Shown in pieces: positions 25,231-32,000 of a stretch of 32,000 nucleotides of DNA; position 1 is the stretch's first letter, and each line of letters starts with the position of its first letter. The position numbers were made by a program, and so were the translations under genes. Location: assembly GCF_049243625.1 (NCBI RefSeq), contig NZ_CP046975.1; one strand, written 5' to 3'. A model generated the notes under the pieces. It was not told the DNA's origin. It saw only the letters and a program-made list of their open reading frames with translations, and ran no database searches. This DNA is from Corynebacterium amycolatum. GTDB lineage: Bacteria > Actinomycetota > Actinomycetes > Mycobacteriales > Mycobacteriaceae.

Positions 25231-25282
25231 CCAGTGAAGACCACCAGTGAAGACCGCCAGTGAAGACCACCTGGTGAAGCGG
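25231..25282. repeat. 13-bp tandem repeat x4 (CCAGTGAAGACCR)
   Basis: ccagtgaagacca / ccagtgaagaccg / ccagtgaagacca / cctggtgaagcgg. Lies 40 nt beyond the odhA stop codon. Confidence 0.85.
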
Positions 25283-25321
25283 TGTTCTCAATCACGCGAC
25301 TTCACCGCGGTCTCGCGAGAC

Positions 25322-28300
25322 CTACTTAAGAGCCTCTTCCAGAAGAGCCTTCTCCTCAATCTGGTGGACCTTGGCCACACCAGTTGCGGTGGAGGACTGC
25401 GCACGGCGGGAAACGCGAGTCAGCTTCGGCATATCCGGCAGAGCCTCTGGGAGGTTCAGTGCCAGGAATGGCCATGGGCCCTGGTTAGCCGGCTCATCCT
25501 GGACCCAGCGGACTTCCTCAAGATCCGGGTAAGACTCGAAGAGGTCGCGGAGACGGTTGTGCGGCAACGGGTGCAGCATCTCCAGGCGAGCGATTGCGAT
25601 GTCGTCGCGCTTGTCCTTCTTGCGCTTCTTCTCCAGCTCCCAGTAGATCTTGCCGGAGCAGAGCAGCAAGGTCTTGATGCCGGACTTGCCCTTAGACTCG
25701 AAGTTCGGGTCATCGATGACCGAGCGGAACTTGTTCGGGTTGGTGAAGTCCTCGACAGCGGACGCTGCCATCTTGTTGCGCAGCATCGACTTCGGAGAGA
25801 ACACAACCAGCGGACGGTGCAGGTCGGACAGGACGTGGCGACGCAGCAGGTGGAAGTAGTTAGCCGGCTCGGACGGCTGAGCAACGGTGTAGGAACCCTC
25901 GGCTGCGAGCTGCAGGAAGCGCTCGATACGTGCCGAAGAGTGGTCCGGGCCCATGCCCTCGTAGCCGTGCGGAAGCAGCAGAATCAGCTTGGAGGTCTGA
26001 CCCCACTTAGCCTCGCCCGAGGAAACGTACTGGTCAATAGTGGTCTGAGCGCCGTTGGCGAAGTCACCGAACTGTGCCTCCCAGAACACTGCTGCATCCG
26101 GGTTACCCAGGGTGTAGCCGTATTCGAAGCCCATGCCTGCGTACTCGGTCAGAGCCGAGTTGTAGATCATGAAGCGGCCACCGTTCTTGGACTTACCGTA
26201 GGCGTCGATCGGGTTGTATTCCGAACCGTCCTCGGAGTCAATCAGAACTGCATGGCGAGAGGTAAAGGTACCGCGGCGGACATCCTCACCTGCGAAGCGG
26301 ACGTCGATGCCAGCACCGGTGAAGGAGCCGATTGCCAGCAGCTCGGCCATACCCCAGTCGATGCCACCTTCCTGAGTCATCTCCGCGCGCTTCTTAGCGA
26401 CCGGCGCAACACGCGGGTGAATCTTGAAGCCCTCAGGGAGGTTGACGTAAGACTGACCAATCTCGACGATTTCAGCCTTCTCGATACCGGTCTTGAGGCC
26501 ATGCGGCAGCGGCTGAGAACCGGCGATACCGGTCTGCTCGCCCGGCTTTGCGTCCTGAGCTGCGCGGACCTCGTTGAAGACAGCTTCCATCTGGTCGTGG
26601 AAGTCTCGGCGTACTGCTTCGTACTCTTCCTCGGAAATATCACCGCGACCGATGAGGTCCTCGGTGTACTGAGCGCGAACGCTTTCCTTCTCGTCGATGA
26701 TCTTGTACATCATCGGCTGAGTCATAGACGGGTCATCGGCCTCGTTGTGGCCGCGCTTGCGGTAGCAGACCAGGTCGATGAAGACGTCCTTGCCATAGCG
26801 GTTACGGTACTCAACAGCCAGCTGGCCGACCCAGACGACAGCCTCCGGGTCGTCACCGTTGACGTGGAAGACCGGGCAGCCGTATGCCTTGGCAATGTCG
26901 GTTGCGTAGTAGGAGGAGCGACCGGAGTCCGGTGAAGTGGTGAAGCCAATCTGGTTGTTCACCACGATGTGGACGGTACCGCCGACCTTGTAACCACGCA
27001 GGGACATGAGGTTCAGGGTCTCCTGGACAATGCCCAGGCCGGCGAAGGAAGCGTCACCGTGCAGCAGCAGCGGCATGACGGAGTAGCCCTCTTCGCCCTT
27101 GTTGATCTTGTCCTGGCGTGCACGAGCAAGACCCTCAACGACCGGGTTGACGGCTTCGAGGTGGGACGGGTTCGCAGTCAGGGTGACGTCGATCTCGCCC
27201 TCGCCGAACATCTGGATGTGACGACCAGTAGTGCCCAGGTGGTACTTGACGTCACCAGAACCGCCGACCTGTGCCGGGTCGATGTTGCCCTCGAACTCGG
27301 TGAAGATCTGGCGCAGTGGCTTGCCGACGATGTTTGCGAGCACATTCAGTCGACCGCGGTGTGGCATACCGATGACGACCTCATCCAGGCCAGCACCAGC
27401 AGCGGTATCGATGGCGGAGTCCATCAGCGGAATCAGCGACTCTGCACCCTCAAGGGAGAAGCGCTTCTGCCCGACGTACTTGGTCTGCAGGAAGTTCTCG
27501 AATGCCTCAGCTGCGTTCAGTTTCTGCAGGATGTACTTCTGCTCAGCGTGGGACGGCTTCGGCTGGCCGCCCTCAAGGCGCTCTTCCAACCACTCGCGCT
27601 CTTCGCGGTCGAGAATGTGAGCGTACTCGGAACCGACCTTGAGGCAGTATGCGTTGCGCAGCCGAGAAAGCACCTCGCGCAGCGTCATCGTCTCCTTGCC
27701 GCCGAAACCACCGACGTTGAAGGTGCGGTCCAGATCCCACAGGGTCAGACCGTGCTCCTCGATATCGAGGTCAGCATGGTTCGGAGCGGAAGTATTCGGC
27801 TGGTCAGAACGCAGCGGGTCGATGTCAGCCAACAGGTGACCGCGGGAGCGGTAGGCCTCAATCAGACGCATAACGCGGGTGTTCTTGTCGATACCCGTGT
27901 TCGGCAGGTCCTGTGCCCAACGGATTGGGGTGTACGGGACGCGCATGGTCTGGAAGATGTGGTCCCAGAACTTGTCGTCGACGAGCAGGTTGCTCATCGT
28001 ACGCAGGAACTCACCGGACTCTGCACCCTGGATGATGCGGTGGTCGTAAGTAGAGGTGATGGTCACCAGCTTGCCGATGCCCATCTCTGCCAGACGGTCA
28101 GCGGAAGCACCGGCGAACTCAGCCGGGTAATCCATGGAACCGACACCGATAATCGCGCCCTGGCCCTTGGTCAGGCGCGGGACGGAGTGGCGGGTACCGA
28201 TGCCGCCCGGGTTGGTCAGGGAAATGGTGACACCCTGGAAGTCCTTGCCGGTCAGCTTGCCGTGGCGAGCACGAACGACGATGTCCTCGTAGGCGTCGAC

Positions 28301-28990
28301 GAACTGCTTGAAGGTCAGGGTCTCACACTCACGGATAGCGGCAACTACGAGAGAACGAGAGCCATCCTTAGCTGGCATATCAATGGCCAGGCCGAGGTTA
28401 ATGTGTTCCGGGGTAACCAGAACTGGCTTGCCGTCAACCACCTTGTAGTTGTTGTTCATGTCCGGGTGGAGCATGACAGCCTTCACCATGGCGTAACCAA
28501 TGATGTGGGTGAAGGAAATCTTGCCGCCGCGGGCGCGTGCCAGATGATTGTTAACCAGAGTGCGGTTTTCAAACATCAGACGTGCCGGCATATCGCGAAC
28601 CGACGTAGCAGTCGGCATCTCCAGGGAGACATCCATGTTCTTAGCGATAGCCCGTGCGACGCCCTTCAGAGGCTCCTCGCCGGATTCAACAGCCGAAACC
28701 TTGGCTGCTGCATCCATCGGGGACTTCTTCGGCTTCGGAGACGACGGCTTGTTCGGGGTCTTGGTTGGTTCGACCCCCTTGGACTCACGACGTCCGGTTG
28801 CCTTTGCTTCCTCCTTCGTGGCTGCTGCGGGCTTTGCCATGTTGGAAAGGTCCTCGCCCTTTTGGGACGGGGTGTGGGTTGCGAAGAATTCGCGCCATTC
28901 CTGACCCACAGACTGTGGATCCTTCTGGAATTGCTGGTACATCTCGTCGACCAGCCATTCGTTCTGGCCGAAGCTCATGTCGCTGCTCAC
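25322..28990 (-). CDS. odhA: 2-oxoglutarate dehydrogenase, fused E1o plus E2-like succinyltransferase domain (OdhA/Kgd type)
   Basis: 1222 aa. N-terminus [23 protein letters not shown]2 catalytic motif [18 protein letters not shown] and a ThDP-dependent E1 body ([23 protein letters not shown]). GTG start with an AAGAGG RBS. Confidence 0.9.
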   Translation of the reverse strand: MSSDMSFGQNEWLVDEMYQQFQKDPQSVGQEWREFFATHTPSQKGEDLSNMAKPAAATKEEAKATGRRESKGVEPTKTPNKPSSPKPKKSPMDAAAKVSAVESGEEPLKGVARAIAKNMDVSLEMPTATSVRDMPARLMFENRTLVNNHLARARGGKISFTHIIGYAMVKAVMLHPDMNNNYKVVDGKPVLVTPEHINLGLAIDMPAKDGSRSLVVAAIRECETLTFKQFVDAYEDIVVRARHGKLTGKDFQGVTISLTNPGGIGTRHSVPRLTKGQGAIIGVGSMDYPAEFAGASADRLAEMGIGKLVTITSTYDHRIIQGAESGEFLRTMSNLLVDDKFWDHIFQTMRVPYTPIRWAQDLPNTGIDKNTRVMRLIEAYRSRGHLLADIDPLRSDQPNTSAPNHADLDIEEHGLTLWDLDRTFNVGGFGGKETMTLREVLSRLRNAYCLKVGSEYAHILDREEREWLEERLEGGQPKPSHAEQKYILQKLNAAEAFENFLQTKYVGQKRFSLEGAESLIPLMDSAIDTAAGAGLDEVVIGMPHRGRLNVLANIVGKPLRQIFTEFEGNIDPAQVGGSGDVKYHLGTTGRHIQMFGEGEIDVTLTANPSHLEAVNPVVEGLARARQDKINKGEEGYSVMPLLLHGDASFAGLGIVQETLNLMSLRGYKVGGTVHIVVNNQIGFTTSPDSGRSSYYATDIAKAYGCPVFHVNGDDPEAVVWVGQLAVEYRNRYGKDVFIDLVCYRKRGHNEADDPSMTQPMMYKIIDEKESVRAQYTEDLIGRGDISEEEYEAVRRDFHDQMEAVFNEVRAAQDAKPGEQTGIAGSQPLPHGLKTGIEKAEIVEIGQSYVNLPEGFKIHPRVAPVAKKRAEMTQEGGIDWGMAELLAIGSFTGAGIDVRFAGEDVRRGTFTSRHAVLIDSEDGSEYNPIDAYGKSKNGGRFMIYNSALTEYAGMGFEYGYTLGNPDAAVFWEAQFGDFANGAQTTIDQYVSSGEAKWGQTSKLILLLPHGYEGMGPDHSSARIERFLQLAAEGSYTVAQPSEPANYFHLLRRHVLSDLHRPLVVFSPKSMLRNKMAASAVEDFTNPNKFRSVIDDPNFESKGKSGIKTLLLCSGKIYWELEKKRKKDKRDDIAIARLEMLHPLPHNRLRDLFESYPDLEEVRWVQDEPANQGPWPFLALNLPEALPDMPKLTRVSRRAQSSTATGVAKVHQIEEKALLEEALK

Positions 28991-29017
28991 GGCAGGTACT
29001 CGCCTCTTTTCGTCTTA

Positions 29018-29072
29018 GTTTTACTAACTCACGTTTATTCTAATGAGCGCAAGCGTCAAAGTGTCATTCAAG
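29018..29072 (-). repeat. Degenerate copy E of the interspersed repeat (minus orientation)
   Basis: The minus strand reads ccttgAATGACACTTTGAcgc...AATAAACGtgAGTtAGTAAaac. Compare the consensus tTATGACACTTTGAagc...CATAAACGcAGTcAGTAACtc. Sits in the 103-bp gap between the ABC gene stop and the odhA start. Confidence 0.5.
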
Positions 29073-29093
29073 GATAACGAAAATTCTGAATTA

Positions 29094-32000
29094 CTACACC
29101 GTCGCGCTCCCCATATGGTACTTGCTCCAGAGCTCTGCGTATTGGCCACCCGCCGCGAGAAGCTCGTCATGGGAGCCGTCCTCGACAATACGCCCGTGGT
29201 CAAGTACCAAAATCCGGTTGGCCCGAGCAGCCGTAGCCAGGCGGTGGGCCACAATAATTGCCGAGCGTTGACGCGACGCACGGTCAGTGGCTTCGAGGAT
29301 TGCCGACTCTGTTGCAGGGTCGAGTGTCGCGGTGGCCTCGTCGAGAAGCAGCAGTTCAGGACGCATCATTTCGGCACGAGCGAGTGCGATGAGTTGACGC
29401 TGTCCGGAGGAGAGCCCTCGGCCATCTGGGCCGACGGGGTGGTGGAAGCCACCGGGCAGGCTGGCAATGGTGCTGAGAGCGCCGACATTCTTCGCGGCTT
29501 GCTGGATTTCAGCATGACTGCTGTCCGGCAGACCGTAGGAAATATTTGTTGCTACTGTCCCCGAAAATAGGTGTGATTCTTGGGGGACATAGCCGAGGGG
29601 GCGTCGCCAATCGTTAAGAGGGAAGTCGCGGATGTCAGTTTCAGAGGCTCGCACCACACCGTCAACTGGATCGTAAAAACGGGCAAACAACTTAATGATT
29701 GTTGATTTTCCGGCACCGGTGGACCCGACAATTGCGACTGTTTCTCCGGCAGGAATCTGCAAATCGAGAGCATCGAGGACCTGCGGGCGTTCGTGCTCAG
29801 AGTTGGCGGCGGGGTAGGAGAAAGTCACCTTGTCTAAGCGCAGGTCGCCAGCGGCTGCACGGGACGCGCCGTCAGTAGTGCCGTAATCTGGCATGGGGGC
29901 GGTCTGTAGGAGGTCACCAATGCGATTGAGACCGACCTTCGCCTGCTGGTAGCCGTCGAAAACATGGGACAGCTGCTGAATCGGGCCAAAGAGCATTCCC
30001 AGGTATAGCGTGAAGGCGACGAGTACGCCGGGCGTCGTAGTTCCCGCAGCAACCTGTTGGGCGCCGACAGCCAACACCGCAGCTGTTGCCAACTCAGAGA
30101 CGAAGTTGATGCCGGGGAAGAATAAGGCCACGGCCAGCTGTGCTCGCTGACGAATTGCGCGATACTTATCGGATTCCTCGGCAAAGGAAGATTCGATATC
30201 GGCGACGCGGTGGTACATCTGAATCTCGCGAAGCCCACCAATGGTCTCCTGGAAATCAGCGTTGACCAAGGAAAGTTGCTCGCGTGCAGCCTTGTATAGG
30301 CGCGAGGAGATTCGGCGGAATACCAGGGTGGCCGCCACAATGATGGGAAGCGTCGCCAACGCCACCGCGGCGAGTGACACCTGTGTGGCAAGCAACAGCA
30401 CTGAGACACCGAGCAGAGTGAACGTGGCAATCGCGCCCTCTGCCAATCCCGTTTGTAGGAACGACGACAGCGCGTCGATGTCGGTTGTCATCCTCGTCAT
30501 GATGGCACCCGAGCGATTGGCCTCGAAGTAGTTAATGCCAAGCGACTGCAGGTGACGGTAGCAGCGCACACGCAGGGCATAGAGCAGCCGCTCACCAGTA
30601 CGCGCAGTAATAACAGCATTTGTGGCTACGGCAATCCAGCTGATGAGGACTGTCGCCAAACCGCCTGCGGCGCAGGCCCACAACACGGCTTCATTGTGCT
30701 CACGGATGCCGTGGTCAATGGCGTAGCGCACGAGCATGGGGAACGCGAGATCGGCAACGGCAATGAGGGCGAGCAGCGCAATGACGCTTATAAATAGGCC
30801 GCGGACGTAGGAGAGCAGCCGGCGCAGAGAAAAAGGCTCGGAGTTGTCGAGTGCTCGAGCTGGTACACGCGGTTTTTCGCTAGCGGGTGGGAGGTTTCGC
30901 ACACGCTCGAGAAGCTCTGGCGTCGCAGGAGCATTGGCGAGAGCCGCCCCCATGCCGCCACGCCCGCCGCCGCGGCCACCGGGACCACCAGGGCCACCGG
31001 GTCCACCTGGACCGCCTCCGGCTCGGCCAGCCCCGCGGGCCATTTGAGAAGTGGCGCCTCCGGGAAGCCGCGCAGAGGTGTCTGACGTGGAGTCGTCGGA
31101 GGTTGGTGCGGATTCGTCGGGCCAGAGTTCCTCGGGGCTGGGGTCCTCACTGTCGATGGGGTCGAGAACGAGGTTTTCGATTTCGGGGTAGGCACTCTGG
31201 TCGATGTCCATCAGCTCGGTGAAGCGCGGATGAGAAGTAATCAGTTCGGCCTTGGTTCCAATGCCGGTGAGGGCACCGTCTTCGAAAATGGCGATGTGGT
31301 CCGCCTGCTCGAGAGTGGAAGATCGATGCGCCACGATGACGATAGTCGTATCCGCCAGCTGTGAGGTCAGCGCGTTGAAGATTTCCAACTCAGTTGCAGC
31401 ATCGATTGCTGAGGTTGCGTCATCGAGAACCAAAACTCGAGGAAGGGCGAGGAATGCCCGTGCTAATGCCACGCGTTGAGCTTGTCCGCCGGAGAGATTA
31501 TGCCCGCGCTCGCCGATGGCTGTGTCCCACCCCTGAGGCAGGTCGTCGACGAAGTTGACCTGGGCGGCGGTCGCTGCGGCGATAATCTCTTCCTGGGACG
31601 CCGCGGGATTGGCGAATGCAATGTTCTCACGCAACGTGCCCGCAAATAAATAAGGAGTGTCCGGAACGACAGTAATAGCGTCATATACGTCGCTGGAGAG
31701 AGTGCGCGCGGTATCTGTGGATGTGCCGTGGCTGGGCGCATCGATAGTGATAGTTCCCGAATCCGGCAGATAGTGACGGCCGAGTAACTCCGTGGCGATA
31801 GTCTTTCCGGACCCCGGTGGGCCAATCAACGCTAAGGTCGCCCCTGGCGCGACGGAGAATGAGACATCGTCGATAAGCGTGCGTCCGCCACGGCTGTGGG
31901 TGACGTGGTTGAAGCTGATGCCAACGGGGCCGTCGGGGAGAGGAAGCGCGTCGGTGGGTTCGGGGTTGTCTGGTCGGGCGTCGATGACATCGGAAATGCG
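29094..32000 (-). CDS. Fused ABC exporter (TMD-NBD-linker-TMD-NBD), 5' end outside the window
   Basis: Two NBDs: Walker A GPPGSGKT and GSTGAGKST, signatures LSGGQAQR and LSSGQRQL. A six-helix TMD lies between them. The frame stays open upstream of the track start (a TTG/Leu codon) to the window edge, reading ...ISFNHVTHSRGGRTLIDDVSFSVAPGATLALIGPPGSGKT. Confidence 0.85.
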   Translation of the reverse strand, partial: RISDVIDARPDNPEPTDALPLPDGPVGISFNHVTHSRGGRTLIDDVSFSVAPGATLALIGPPGSGKTIATELLGRHYLPDSGTITIDAPSHGTSTDTARTLSSDVYDAITVVPDTPYLFAGTLRENIAFANPAASQEEIIAAATAAQVNFVDDLPQGWDTAIGERGHNLSGGQAQRVALARAFLALPRVLVLDDATSAIDAATELEIFNALTSQLADTTIVIVAHRSSTLEQADHIAIFEDGALTGIGTKAELITSHPRFTELMDIDQSAYPEIENLVLDPIDSEDPSPEELWPDESAPTSDDSTSDTSARLPGGATSQMARGAGRAGGGPGGPGGPGGPGGRGGGRGGMGAALANAPATPELLERVRNLPPASEKPRVPARALDNSEPFSLRRLLSYVRGLFISVIALLALIAVADLAFPMLVRYAIDHGIREHNEAVLWACAAGGLATVLISWIAVATNAVITARTGERLLYALRVRCYRHLQSLGINYFEANRSGAIMTRMTTDIDALSSFLQTGLAEGAIATFTLLGVSVLLLATQVSLAAVALATLPIIVAATLVFRRISSRLYKAAREQLSLVNADFQETIGGLREIQMYHRVADIESSFAEESDKYRAIRQRAQLAVALFFPGINFVSELATAAVLAVGAQQVAAGTTTPGVLVAFTLYLGMLFGPIQQLSHVFDGYQQAKVGLNRIGDLLQTAPMPDYGTTDGASRAAAGDLRLDKVTFSYPAANSEHERPQVLDALDLQIPAGETVAIVGSTGAGKSTIIKLFARFYDPVDGVVRASETDIRDFPLNDWRRPLGYVPQESHLFSGTVATNISYGLPDSSHAEIQQAAKNVGALSTIASLPGGFHHPVGPDGRGLSSGQRQLIALARAEMMRPELLLLDEATATLDPATESAILEATDRASRQRSAIIVAHRLATAARANRILVLDHGRIVEDGSHDELLAAGGQYAELWSKYHMGSATV

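Noticed and set aside
25247-29077. Two long plus-strand ORFs (562 aa and 702 aa)
   Set aside because: Both are antisense to odhA. The sequence is low-complexity and V/L/R/D/H-rich with no motifs. odhA on the other strand is unambiguous.
30951-31043. Collagen-like or PE/PPE-like repeat protein
   Set aside because: The Gly-Pro run is a short in-frame linker inside a continuous ABC transporter ORF, not a separate repeat-protein gene.

Overview
High-GC actinobacterial chromosome segment, almost certainly Corynebacterium. OdhA is the fused E1/E2 type of 2-oxoglutarate dehydrogenase. From memory, the gene order matches C. glutamicum around cg1253-cg1281 and M. tuberculosis Rv1201c-Rv1273c. I call 26 protein genes: dapC, an RluA-like pseudouridine synthase, dapD, an APC amino-acid permease, a dapD2 paralog, a membrane protein abutting dapE, dapE, a LOG-family protein, folP2, a 55-aa DUF3117 gene missing from the ORF track and an RlmA-like methyltransferase. 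Next comes an apparently accessory pair (acetolactate decarboxylase plus a secreted GH5 endoglycoceramidase-like hydrolase). Then follow divergent glgA/glgC, an O-methyltransferase, sigE-cseE-htrA-tatB, mrp, a membrane protein, corA, a lipoprotein, odhA and a fused double ABC exporter cut by the window end. I found no rRNA, tRNA, CRISPR, transposase, integrase or recognisable defence genes, and no convincing novel multi-gene protein system. The unexplained structure is non-coding. (i) A family of ~90-bp imperfect-palindromic interspersed repeats occurs 5 times, always in intergenic DNA that contains a gene 3' end. (ii) An exact 12-mer, CGTCGTAAAGCG, occurs three times in inverted arrangement bracketing mrp and the neighbouring membrane-protein gene. 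(iii) Two 13-bp x4 tandem arrays share a GGTCTT core. The long antisense ORFs in the track look like GC-driven shadow ORFs. All homology statements come from motif recognition by eye, not database searches.
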